In this document: positions 1 through 12,400 of the stretch, in pieces
Layout of the letters: each line of letters begins with the position of its first letter
Position numbering within the stretch: the stretch's first letter is position 1
NCBI GenBank assembly: GCA_964187785.1
Contig: OZ076414.1
Span: 39,990,001-40,054,000 of the forward strand
Length of the DNA stretch: 64,000 nucleotides
Source of the DNA: Amphiscolops sp. MND2022
Taxonomy: Eukaryota
Direction of reading: 5' to 3'
Program-made: the position numbers and the translations under genes
Notes under the pieces: model-generated
Seen by the model: only the letters and a program-made list of their open reading frames with translations
What the model was told of the DNA's origin: nothing
Database searches by the model: none

Positions 1-935
1 TCTCCTCTCCACGGATCACTGACTCGACGACTAACTCTACCTCAGCCTCACTCTTCTTTAAGCCGATATCCTGACTTTGACACAACAAGGAATTATCCTC
101 TTCGGTGGAGCTCATGTCTCAAAACTTTCTGAAAAAGTACTAAAAATGATAACACAATGAAGATGTGGCGTAAAACTAAGGGAAATAATAATATTAGAAG
201 TTATCTACTATATAAGGAGAGTCGTTCAGTCTGCCAGCTGAACAATTCACAGCTTAACACAAACGGTGAAACAAATTTCCTAAAGCGACAGAAGTCAGTT
301 GTACTGAAAATTGATTAGTATCCAACTCGCTATTGCAATTCAATGGAGAATACAATTATGAATGATCAAACAAACGACGATGTTTTTATTCTCGACTGAG
401 ACCTGCCAGCACAGCCAAGCCAAAGGCCCAGTACACCACCACATAAATACAATATATTTATTCCACCGCGGATTTATATTACTTACGAGATTATCAAGAC
501 GCAAGACCAACATGTGGTCTTAGTTCATGAAGAAACGCCAACCGACACTACAAACGCGGAGAACGAAAACGGAGTCATAAGACGATTCACCCTGGACAAT
601 CCGGTAAATACTGATGATGCCTTCATAAGCCCAGTCAGACAGTTTGACCAAGGAAATCCGGCCATTCCTGAAGATGGCTTCCATGGTCCCATCAGTTTTT
701 ACAGCAGCTCGAAGGGATATTACTCTGGCAGCAATTGGGACACAGATTCCTCCTGGAGGTCATACGATTCGATGAGAGACGACCTACCAACGCTATTGGA
801 GACACCAGTCCGCTTAGACTCCCAATTCTTTCTCCCAGAAGAGACAGTGCAAAGAAGCCGAGGACTGTCACATCCCAAGCTGAGCTGTGAGAATTGCCAC
901 GAAACAAGCGCAGTCGACGGAGGAGGAAAATGGGA
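1..935 (+). mobile_element. Inverted partial copy of the 3' internal region of the large Gypsy element (divergent promoter + small ORF)
   Basis: Near-exact reverse complement of ~28047-28983 and of the matching part of the 40.6-41.5 kb copy. Homology stops after GGAGGAAAATGGGAG at 935. Confidence 0.9.
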
Positions 936-939
936 GTAG
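343..939 (+). CDS. Small acidic accessory ORF of the Gypsy element (copy A) with in-frame TGA at codon 19
   Basis: ATG 343 (MENTIMNDQTNDDVFILD), TGA 397-399, then open in the same frame through the listed 514-939 ORF. TATATAA at 209-215. Confidence 0.55.
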
Positions 940-974
940 GATGAAAGAAAGAAACCAGTGAAACAATCAACATA

Positions 975-1174
975 NNNNNNNNNNNNNNNNNNNNNNNNNN
1001 NNNNNNNNNNNNNNNNNNNNNNNNNNNNNNNNNNNNNNNNNNNNNNNNNNNNNNNNNNNNNNNNNNNNNNNNNNNNNNNNNNNNNNNNNNNNNNNNNNNN
1101 NNNNNNNNNNNNNNNNNNNNNNNNNNNNNNNNNNNNNNNNNNNNNNNNNNNNNNNNNNNNNNNNNNNNNNNNNN
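975..1174. other. Assembly gap (200 N)
   Basis: Run of N of fixed size. Confidence 0.99.
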
Positions 1175-1986
1175 GGAGGAATTGCGCCCCGTTAAAGTAA
1201 AGCTAGTTAACTGCTTTTGAATAGCAATTAAAATGATGTAGAACGCCAATATTGCGCAAAGTAAACAATACGGCAGTGAGATCAAGACTACACGCATATT
1301 CGTCGTCAATAAGACGCGGACAAGTTTTGAAGGTATACCAAGTGACGTCACTACTTCGTCTATGCATACCAGAAATTCATTCCAATTTTCCGCCTATACT
1401 AACTACCGTGCTAGGAAATCATTCCAATTTATCGCCAATGTGACGTCACGACATAGGCAACTAGCTAGAGATCTGTTTTAGAATACTCGTCAGCAATACG
1501 TCAAACTAGTCACAAATGCGTTGACTAGTCGTTGACAAGTTTATGAAGATGAACAAAAGTGTACATACGAGATTAACTAGATTTTTTCCATCGCCTTTGA
1601 AACACAATTCAGTAAGGAAAAACGATTTCAAGATAGTCCAGGCTTTAAAACGAACGTTCCAATTAGTATTTGCAATTTAAGGAAAAGTCCCGAATAACAA
1701 TTCTCACTTACTATGTGACCTAATTTCCGGCGCCTAATTGTCGTCATATTATTTAGCAATAAATGAGTTAACGCGAATGAATAAACGAAAGTCACAGTTT
1801 ATAACTCTCAGATTGAATGAACAAATGTATTTTAATACGCAGAATATTTTTGTACAATAACATGATAATGCTGTTTGTTGATATTTTTATACTAGTCAAT
1901 TTCATGTGACGTAGTATTAACGCCCTCCTGTGCCCAGAATTTTGCTCGTAACCCAGTTTATCTGTACAAAATCATACATGTCAGTG

Positions 1987-3192
1987 TGGTATCAGATAAA
2001 TGAGACTGCAAATGCTAAGAGTAAGAATTGGAGCTGTTGATCTGAGATTTTACACTTCATTGTATTTGTTTGTAAACCAATTCGTACTTGACACGACAAA
2101 TCAATACCGTTGATAATCTTTGTAATTTTGGCGTCATTGTCTCGACTAGCCAAGATCAATGTTTTTTTTACCTTCTATCTGTTAAAAATTCGAATGTTAA
2201 TTTCATACTTGCACTATTGTTGATTCCCAAGATATCTTTCTAGCATCGTTTAAATAATCCCAGTTTGAAATTAGTCATAGCATTTTGTCAAGTTGAAATT
2301 CAAAATCAGGTATTAGTTGTTCACGCCGGCGTCATCTCAGCGTCAATTTTCCCGCGAACCGAAGCAGTAAAACAGGGAATTATTTCCGGTTTGATAGACT
2401 GAAGTACTATCTACTTCCTGCTTGGGAGGAAACAAAAGGACGCCGGGATGAAATGATATGATCATGGTTGATGACTAATACAAAATTAGTATTGTCGTGT
2501 CCCAAAATTTGACGAGATGTCGACGCAAATTCGGGAACAAAATGAACTTTTCATCGATAATACAGGAAATGACTAATTGTTCGAGGAAGATTAGAGATTT
2601 ATTCGTGATCAAATGATGCTAGGAGGGTATAAATATGATGGATTGCTAGTGCTAAGGGACTCAGTCTTTTCAAGTGCTACAACTCAGTTGTTTTCTAACT
2701 TGTAATTTTCAAGCTTTCCATTTTCAACTTTGTTTAAAAAAGCAGAGAACAGAAATTGAATTCTTTGAGAATAAAATTTTATTCAACAACATGTCTACAA
2801 CAAGAAGTCAGAAGAGAAAGAATGTTCAGCGTGAGGCTGACGACAACGTAAGTGAAGGATTCATTTCACCAATAATCGTAGGAAACCCCCGTTCTTTGGA
2901 CCAGGACGTAGATGAAGCAGGACCGTCAAAACCTAAGTCCCCCAGAGTAGAAAATAGTCTTTTAGAAAGTCTAAGATCCTCCTTGAAGGAGGAAATAACA
3001 TCAGAGATTAAAGCTCTGTTGCTTGAATCACAAAAGGAGATGTTGAAACTCTTGAACCCTGAAACAAGAGAAAACGTGAGGGATCACGCAGTAGAGGGGT
3101 CAGAAAACGAAACAAGAAGTTTTTATACGCCTACAACAAAATCAGTTCGGATTTTTCAACTCAAAATAACGACCAGGACTTAAGTCGTAACA
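1987..3192 (+). mobile_element. Gypsy-type solo LTR containing the gag N-terminus (5' boundary uncertain)
   Basis: TATAAA 2628-2633, AATAAA 2770-2775, ATG 2791 (MSTTRSQKRK...). Ends GTCGTAACA at 3192, identical to the end of the TSD-defined solo LTR at 23889. Left end is only a candidate (AGTG|TGGT.. at 1987 vs AGTG after 3192). Confidence 0.6.
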
Positions 3193-3890
3193 AGTGTACT
3201 ATGGTAGCACCATGCATGATCAAATAAATTGGCGATTTGAGCCGTGGACGAGAAAAATCCAATTCACAGTTCAGTTTGTATTGGTATTTATGTTAGCAAC
3301 TAAGTATCATACAATGGCACAAAACCCAAGTTATATCATCTCAAAAACAAAGGTTTGAAAACAAGCGGAGCACTGCTGTCAACGTTCGACCAATTTGCAC
3401 CTGAAATTCATGCTATTCAGAAACGTGCATAAGTATTCTAATTGAAAATAATTCAAAGAAAATGGCACAGAAAATGGCAAAATTCTGGACCAACAACAAA
3501 GTTTTCTGTGCCGCCCCTGATTGGTTTCAGATATAAAATCTCTTGTTCAAGTGCTATTGATTAGACCATAGATTTCATGAATTTCATCTGACAATAAAAA
3601 GCAAGTTTCATTGGCTGTGAAGAACGCTTTGACAAACTAGATCATCAACTTTTATCAAAAAGAGTGAGCGGATATGGATTATAACTCCGATCCTCAAAAA
3701 CTTCCAACTTTATGGCGCAGTCAAGTTCACTGATCTCAGTAAAAAAACTTGCTGTCCTTACAAAACGTAACATCTGGTGTTCTCTTGGGGTCTGTTTAGC
3801 TCATCTAGTACATCAATTTTTACGTCTGCTAGGTAGATTAACTAACCAGGCTTTACGACGGCCCTCGTCTTCACTTTGGAACAACCTCTT

Positions 3891-4477
3891 CTAATAAGTT
3901 TTCCAGGAAAGACACTTGCAGGTTCTTTTGCACTCGATAATTTGCAAATATCCTTCTTCTTCCAATTCAGGACGAAAACGTTTGCAAAGAACTTTGGATT
4001 TTAGGATATAACCAACTCCACTTAAAGCGTTAGAGCTCAAATGGACGTTATCCTTTTTCAAGTAATTGTCACTATAAATCTCTCTAGAAATGCCTCTGAA
4101 TTTCCAGCCTTCTTTACGAGAAGCTAATAGTGCGTTCACATTTTTGGATTTCTGAGGTAGAGAATGGCGTAATGGTATGCCAGGAACAAAAATACTTTTA
4201 ACTTTGGTAAGTAAGAAAATAGCGAGATCTGATAGTTCCTGCGATAAATCTTTCGCAGATTTTGTGGAAGGGACGTTATCGCAAAAAGATCGTTACCTCC
4301 AATGAACAGAACAACAGTATCGTAAGTGTCCTTTTTCGGGATGAAATGGTAAACTTGTCTTACACAAGCTCCTGGTAAAGATAAAACGTTGAAATTAGCT
4401 ATATCAAGCTCTTTACCTCGACTATCGACAATTAGCAAAATTCGCGACCTTGACGATTTACATAGATGATAATGCAT
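3891..4477 (-). pseudogene. SGNH/GDSL hydrolase-like ORF inside BEL 3' LTR (one frameshift)
   Basis: Blocks IVDSRG (I), LPGA (II), FIGGND (III) and DNVH (V) appear in the correct order across ORFs 4136-4477 and 3891-4139. Confidence 0.75.
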
Positions 4478-4485
4478 CTGTTTTT

Positions 4486-4841
4486 AGTCGGCGCCTTTTC
4501 CCTTAAGGAAAAAAGCCCGACTCTTACAGTGAGTAGTTTTTTTTTCAGTTGACAATCTCACTCTGAGTGGTCCACTTTTCTTACAATTTTTGTTCATCTT
4601 TCATTATTGTTCATCTTTCATCTTCGACCCAGCCGGAGAGCGTGGGTTCGAATCCCGCACTAAACCATAAATTTTTTAATGAGTTTTTCGGCATTGTGCG
4701 ACCTAAAAAATACTTTTTTTTCGAAAAAAAATCAAAATTTTTTTTTGAAAAAATTTTTTTTTCCAAATTTTTCCAATAGTTGTTCCTTGAATATTTTTGA
4801 GCCTAAGATATGGCGCCGACTTGGGACGTTCCCGTCTTGTT
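4486..4841 (-). mobile_element. Helentron-associated non-autonomous element (HINE/DINE-like)
   Basis: Absent from the 5' LTR, where the site is a T-run near 16930. Sub-terminal inverted repeats AGTCGGCGCC (4486-4495) and GGCGCCGACT (4812-4821). Starts AACAAGACGGGAACGTC on minus. No TSD. Internal tRNA B-box GGTTCGAATCC at 4645-4655. Confidence 0.7.
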
Positions 4842-5860
4842 TTTGGTTAGAAAGACTATTGGGCCCAAAGAACAAGCATTCGTAGTTGTTGAAGCGATGA
4901 CTGCATCTTTGACTGCTGCTCGTGTTTTCTATAAAACATGAAATTATCTAACCTCTGAGAAATAAATTGTTTTCTAGAAGATCTACGATATCTATTTTCA
5001 TGTTCACAAGAACTATAACAAAACCTGTTGATCCGATGACGATGAAACGAATAAAACCATAAGATCAATTACTTTAATTGAAAATGGAACATCGAATCAA
5101 CTTGTTTTCCTAGGCAATAATCATTTGGTCAAAATAAGATCCAATCTATGCTCGAAATTAGTGAAATCTTGAACGATCATTTTTCAAAAGATGTCTTTTT
5201 GAGGTGTTCGAATCGAAATTAAAGATGAACTGTTCGGTAAGGTACTTAGGTCTCTCCCGAACTTCTCGTCGGTTTTGTGGCCAGATTGGAGTCTATTAGG
5301 ACCTACAGGAAAAAACTTACACTGTCATGTTTACACTCAATTATACGGGCACCATAAAAAATCTTCTAAGATACAAAAAGTTACCAAATTGCCCACTTTC
5401 GAGGCTATAAAGTATATAAAGATATTTGTATATTAGCATCTAAAGCAAATATTTACAGATTTTGTTGTACAAGATTATATTTGTTATTTGCCCTCAAATC
5501 TATCAGATCGCAAAAGCTCTATAGGCTTCCACTTGAATTAGATATAACCAAATATGGCCTAATTGAAAGCTTATTTACACAAGCAGAAGGATAAAACACC
5601 AAGTTTGTATTACATTAGATGAAATGTCTCATTTCGCCCCAGAAAGTAATAATATTCAAATTTTTGCTTTCGATTCTCGGTTTTTTAATCTAAATAGTTA
5701 AGTTGGCCAAAAACACGTCAGTTGCTGACCATCCTAGAGTGTGATTCTCAAATCCCAATCTTTTACAGCCATCGTTTGGGAGCTTTTTCAGGGCACCTTT
5801 CAAAAATGTAATATTTCAGTCTTTGTTCGAGGCGCCGACAATGCCGGCCCCTTTTTCAGC

Positions 5861-8800
5861 CTAAAAACGCTGATTGAACACTGGCGCCAACTTTACTACA
5901 GGTCTTTTGAAGGTACCTTCACGAGTTTTGATAAGCACTCATCTCACTACACCATCTGTTGCTGGATAAATTCTTGGATTCGTGCCATCTTGTTTTGAGA
6001 CCTTTTCACATAGTTATCCACCAACCAAACTAAGTCGCCAACTTCAACATTGGCCTCTTTTTTACTCCATTGGGTTCTGACATTGTTTTTTGGTAGGCAT
6101 TGTGCAACCCATCGTTTCCAAAACATATCCGCATACGCTTCACACGATCTAAACATCTTGCGATGATTGGATTAAACTTCAGCATTGGGGATAAAGGGTA
6201 TAAAAACATTAGCACGTCCCAAAATGAAATGGTTATGTGTAAGCGCATCCAAGTCTGAAGGATCATCACTTGCTGGGTTAAGAGGGCACGCATTAAATGT
6301 TTGCTGAACCAAGCAAATAGTTGTAGTCAAAGATTCATCAGTCAAGGATCGATTACCAAGAATAGCCATCATTGCTTTTTGCAGCTTCTGACCTACCGCT
6401 CCTTAACACCTCCAAAGTAAGGAGCCCCAGGAGGGTTAAATTTCCAAGCGATATGCTTTTGAGCCAATTTTGATGTATTTTGATCCTGATTCCAAGAGTT
6501 GATATATTCTTTTAACTCTCTGGCGTTTCCAACGAAGTTAGTACCATTATCACATATGATGGTCGTTGGCTTGCCACGTCTGGCAGTGCATCTGTTGACG
6601 GCTACCAAGCAGGAATCTGTGTCGAGGCTTCGAACCACTTCGATATGTACTGCTCTGGTAGTCAAACATAAATTAACAGTACCATCGTCTCATGGATCTT
6701 CGTAACAATTTAACCTCGAATGGACTGAAATAATCCATTCCTACGTTGGTAAAAGTATAGGATTGATTATCAAGCCTCTCTGCAGGTAAATCTGCCATGA
6801 GAGGCAAATTTATCTGCGCACGTAAATTGCGCCAGTAAATACAGCTGCTTTTGATACTCTTTAGAGCATTTGGTACCCCCTAAATCCAAAATTTCTGTTG
6901 GATTACGCTTCTCACATTTTCTACTCCTTCATGATTTTGTCCCAGATGTAAATATCGTAACAAAACATTAACAAAATCGTGTTTTGTGGACACGAGAATC
7001 GGATGTTGCTGTTGAAAGCTCAAATTTGCATGTTTGATGCGACCTCTTATTTGAATAATACCGACTTCATCGAAAAATGCAGAAAGTTTTGCAAAGTCCC
7101 CACCTTTGCTTGTCTACCAAACGTTTGCTTTCCATCATACACATAAGTTATTCGTTGGATTAATTTCAGAACCTTTTCTACCGCTCGTTTCACTTCACAT
7201 GGAAGTGAAACCTTTTATTGACTCTTGAACTTCAAACGTAAGCAAAATGCAATAACTCGCACACATTTGGAAAAACTGCTAAATCTGCTCCAATCAACTA
7301 TCAACTCCTGAGTCATGCTTGTGTTCGCAATTACTGCAACTGCAGCATGGTCATCAGACACCAAATTATTTGGTTGTAGAGACAAAGGACAATCGTCAGA
7401 TTGGTTTTCGAGCCAATTTGGTCCAGATAACTGATAACTTTCTGTCAGTTTTCTATCGTAATTCCACGCGTTCCAATATCGGATGGATTCATTTCACCTT
7501 TAACGTGCTCACACTCGTCAATTGTGGACGTTTCCAAGATCTCAGCTGCTCTGTTAGCTTGAAAAACATATTGTTTTTGTCAGCTGAATGTAACCATTGA
7601 AGCACAGTAATTGAATCAGTCCAATGAGTAACACTGTCAATGTGTAAGTCATGTTCTTGAACAATCAAGGTTTTCAGTCTCATAGAGTAGACCGCTGCTT
7701 AAACCCTAGACGCTCTATAGACAATTGATTGATGGGAGCTAATCTACATTTGCGCAAAACAAAGGAGACTTCAACTCCATCATTGACTTCCGCTCGAAAG
7801 AAAGCGACGATGCTCATAGCTTCTAGAGACGCATCACTGAAGATGTGTAGTTGAACCTTTTCAGGGTTATCGGAGAAATAATTTCAAGAAAGAGAGGTGT
7901 TTTCTTTTGTTTGAATTTTGATTACCCAATCTAGGAATACCTGTTTATCATCATTCGAAATTTTTTCATCCCATGATTGACCGAAGCGAATCCACATACT
8001 TTTCAATAGCATTCTCATCCGCATGGTAAAAGGTGCCAAAGTTCGCATGGGATGAAACAAATGAAAACACTACTCGTTCAGTGATATCTTGCGGATATTC
8101 TTTGCTAGCTCCTCGACATACTTGTAGACAATCTTTGTCGATTATCCATTCCAGACCTAGAATGGAAGATTCTGTGTTAAGCGTGAATTTGTTCGCTTCC
8201 AATCGATCGTCCACCAGAATTTATTCTAAAACTTCCGAACAATTGCTAGCCTATTTCTTCAATGTGAATCCACTACGTTCGAGAGTCTCTACCAATTCTT
8301 GGTAACAAGTAATAGCTGCCTGAAGACTTTCAAGACTTTTCACTAAATCGTCCATGTAGAAGTTTATATGTACGGTTGATGCTACTGAAGGAAAATCAAC
8401 TTTGTTGTCTCTGCATCCCTGTTGAAATCCAGAGTTCGCCCTTCTCAATGGTAGCTTTGTAAACTTTTTTCAACCCTGCATCATTGCCTAATCTTTTCTT
8501 CATTGACAGAAACTGTTGGTAAGCAGAATCATAGTTGTTCGGCAGATTGGGGTCGTCGTCGGCTCAGAGGAGTTCTACTTCATAACGTTCGTCTTTATGC
8601 TTGGTAGCCTTTTCCAAGATTTCCTGGGCTTTTTTCTTCCTTAGAAGGTCCTGAGACGTCACACACAGACACATATGCCTCCATGTCCCACTATTTTTAA
8701 ATCTGGTCTACTAAAGCATCAGATTACACCGAAAGGTTACAAGAATCTGCCATACAGTTCGTTTCTGTTTTGGGTAATGCTCCACTGACAGTCCATCCCA

Positions 8801-9483
8801 AGGAGGCTTTGACTGCCCACGGTTCATTCTTATCAGCCGGCTTATATTCGAGAGGCCAGATAAGGTGATACGCATTTTGATCCAGAAAAACCTTGGCATC
8901 CAACCATTGAGATTTTTATATCCGGCAAATCGATCAAGTAAGCATAGTTCTCTTTCATTTTCGTAAAGTCGTACATTTTTTCACCGACATTCAAGTTTGG
9001 GTGACCGCAGAATCTGTTTCACTTGGACCAATTCTTGGTAAAAATTTCATGTCAGATTCCCATGAACTCCAGCTACCGACATCACCGATCTTTACTTTTC
9101 AACTTAAAAAGGTTGACCAAAGTTTTGACCAGAAAAGATACCATGGATCCAGTATCACAAAGTGCTATCGTTTCAACGCTTCGTTTCTCGTTTCCGATTA
9201 AAATTAGTCCCAACTGTGAGAAACCACTGCAACCTGTTTTGAGGCAAAGATCCTCCGATTTCTTGTCTTTTTCAGGTTTCCTAGAATCCGGATGCAAAAG
9301 CTTATTATGTTGCTTGGTGAATCCGTTTACACAACAATCTTTGTCCGACTTGCAGTCTTTCATCAAATGAGAGTTTAAACAACCGAAACAAAATTTAAAT
9401 TTCTTCAGTGTTTCGAATCTCTCATAAACTCCTTGTTGTTTGACTTTTACACACGACCAGATTTTAGGGTCGCCATCTTTCAA
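5861..9483 (-). pseudogene. pol: BEL pol (aspartic protease, RT, RNase H, integrase, C-terminal FWKRW domain), many stops/frameshifts
   Basis: ALCDTGS (9082-9483), NFYMDDLV (8251-8448), HWTDSITVLQWL (7489-7683), TTRAVHIEVV..RRGKP..CDNGTNF (6393-6665), FWKRW..VGDLV (5947-6156). Confidence 0.92.
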
Positions 9484-12400
9484 TGGATATTGCTTTGTTG
9501 ACGCAGACGTTGATTTGTTCTGCTCATTAGCAGCAAATTTTGAAGTTTTTACTTTTTACGTATAACTGTAGCCTTTTTTCGCTGATTGATACTTGAATTG
9601 CACTGTCAATACATCGTGGACATAAGCAAATTCGTTTAGCCATTCGCTAAATTTGCGAAGATTAGCATGGTTGTAACCTTTGTTCTTAGCAAGGAAAAAC
9701 CACTTGGTTTTCAATTCAGTTGGTATTTTCCTCAGAGTTGAATTCAGAACAGACTCTGATTACAAGTCGCCTGTAAAACCAAACTGTTTTAACAGTTGGA
9801 CAGATGTAGTGATCAACTGAGCGTACTTTTTAATAGCAACCAAATCATGCGACTTGATGAATGGACTCAAATGGATATTTTTCATCTGAGCACTCACAAT
9901 AGTTTGTGGACGTTCAAAATTAGTAACCAAAGCATTCCACGCTGCACTGTGAATGACTACTGAGTATCCGAGACCCGCAATATCCGCCTTGGCCTTGCCT
10001 TTAACGAGTGTTTTCAAATTTTCATTTCTGCATTGTCATGGGTTGGTGCGTTGTGGATGGTAGCTTTGAATAAGCTCGACCATTCTGACCATTCCAATGG
10101 GTCTCCATGAAATTCAGATAATTTTAACTTGGGTAAACTTGTTTGAACGAAAATGTACTTTCTCATTGCCTTGCTGGAGCAAGGTGTCTGTTTTCGGAAA
10201 AGTTTTTCCAGTGTTTTTTTTCTGGAGTGACTTACTCGTACCTCTGCTTTGAGCTCGCGGTAAGAGGGGTTTTTGTGGTCAAATCTTTTGTACTTCTAAG
10301 ACAGTTTACTTGACTCACCTTCATTTTGTACTTCTCTGCTAGATTCCTTCGATTGCGAGAAGCACTTATCGAAATCCTCCTCCAGAGTGAGAGACATCAG
10401 GCTGGCACATATTGAAGAAGCACAAATTGATCCTTCAGCATCTTCTATTTGCAATCACATTTGCTGTTTTGCAAAAGCTGTCTTACTCTTCAGTTCAGCA
10501 ATTTCCGATTCTGCTTTCATGGAGCCTCTTCTGCATCTTCATTTCCTTTTAAGTTTTCTCTAGATCCAACTCAAGTTTTCTGTTTTTTTTTCTATTTCCA
10601 TTTGTAGTTTTTGATCCATCAATTCAGCTTGTATCTCTCTCCAATTGTCTTCGGTGGTTTATTTTCGAAGCATATTTTTGAACCGGCTTTTTTTGCTGAC
10701 CAACTCGCTAGCTAAGGTTTTTGTAGGGGAGTAGTCTGCCAAAAAAGATCTTTTACGAGAACCTGAGGTAGCCGATTGAGGTTGACAAAATGGGTGATCT
10801 AGTCGATCATAAAATTTGAGGAATAGCGCTGATTGATTGGCTTCCTTAAGCAATTTCAATCCTTTGTCAAGCGTTTCATTTGCATTTGTTTTCGTTGGAG
10901 CATGTGGACGGATCCCATCGTTCTTTGATAACTCCGAACCTTCCACACCAGACACTTCAGGTGTTTCGATGTTTTCCGATGGATCGTTTGCCGCTGCATT
11001 GCAGCTATCATCATAATTCAAAGCGTCAGTCATTGACTGTAAAATAAAGTTCGGTTCTTTGACGATGCTTTGAGCTTCCCGCAATGTTTTGATAGAATGG
11101 TCAAGGCATCAGATTTGAGAAGATTGCGTCTACCTTCGTGACTTGTATCTAAAACGCTTTGTTGTCTTCAAGTTTTTGAATAGCCATTTTAACTTTACTT
11201 GACCTCGCGCCCTGCTCGATTAGGGTACCTATTGTAGTTTTTTCTTCGGTAATGGCGCGTTTGGCATCGTAAAACTGATCGCAGAGTTTGAAATACTTCA
11301 AAAAGTCACTTTCTGACATTAGATGCGAGGAATACGTAGTCACGCTCCTGAGAACTTCGAATGATTTGCTCCAGTTCGCAAAACGTTTTTCAAGTTCGTA
11401 CTACAATTTATTCAGGATCCCCATACGACTGCTTTGAAACTTGTCATTCAGCATGAGAGATATAATCCGAACTCTTTGCGCAACTTGTCCTCTGACGATG
11501 AGTACGTTAGGAAGAACTTACCAACGTCAATCCAAACAGTTGGATCCTGACCATGCAGATCCTGGAACTCCGCGTCTAAGTTTCGGAAAATCCGGATGCA
11601 AAAGCTTATTATGATACTTGGTGCATCCGTTTACACAACACACTCTGTCCGACTTGCAGTCTTTCATCAAATGAGAGTTTAAACACCAGAAACGAAGTTT
11701 AAATTTCTTCTGTGTTTCCTATCTCTCAAACTCTATGTTGTTTGACTTTTATACACGACAAGATTTTAGGGTCGCCATCTTTCAATGGACACTGCTTTGT
11801 TGACGCAGACGTTGATTTGTTCTGCTCATTAGCAGCAAATGTTGAGGTTTTTACTTTTTCCGTATAACTGTAGCCTTTTTTCTCTGATTGATACTTGAAT
11901 TGCACTGTCAATACATCTTGGACATAAGCAAATTCGTTCAGCCATTAGCTAAATTTGCGAAGATCAGCATGGTAGTAACCTTTGCTCTTAGCAACGAAAA
12001 ACCACTCAGTTTTCAATTCAGTTGGTAACTTCCTCAGAGCTGAGTTCAAAACAGACTCTGGATACAAGTCGCCAGTGAAACCAAACTGTTTCAACACTTG
12101 GACACATGTAGTGATCAACTGAGCGTACTTTATAATAGCCACCGAATTATGCGACTTGATGAATGGACTCAAATGGATATTTTTCATCTGAGCCTTCACA
12201 ATAGTCTGTGGACGTTCGAAATTAGTAACCAAAGCTTTCCACGCTGCACTGTGAATGCCTTTGGGTATTCGAGACCCGCAATATCCGCCTTGGCCTTGCC
12301 TTTAACGAGTGTTTTCAAATATTCATTTCTGCATTGTCATGGGTTGGTGCGTTGTGGATGGTAGCTGTGAATAAGCTCGACCAATCTGACCATTCCAATG

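Larger units (their letters stand above)
3818..5840 (-). repeat. BEL 3' LTR (2.0 kb, includes a ~355-bp HINE-like insertion)
   Basis: Starts TGTCGGCGCCTCG at 5840 on minus. Aligns by eye with 16269-17932. Confidence 0.88.

Noticed and set aside
920-974. Divergence of copy A after GGAGGAAAATGGGAG as the true PPT/LTR boundary
   Set aside because: No TG follows directly in copies B and C, and the sequence is within 40 bp of a gap, so it is unreliable.
692-1351. Long ORFs spanning N runs (also 958-1200, 42338-42874, 42520-42879)
   Set aside because: Artefacts of translating gaps.
1175-1920. GTGACGTCAC palindromes (1342, 1440) and TGTGACG as LTR starts or enhancer
   Set aside because: No TSD match to the 3192 end, and two short palindromes are expected by chance.
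1987-1996. TGGTATCAGA as an initiator-Met PBS
   Set aside because: No LTR end before it and no gag after it. At most it is a candidate left end of the solo LTR.
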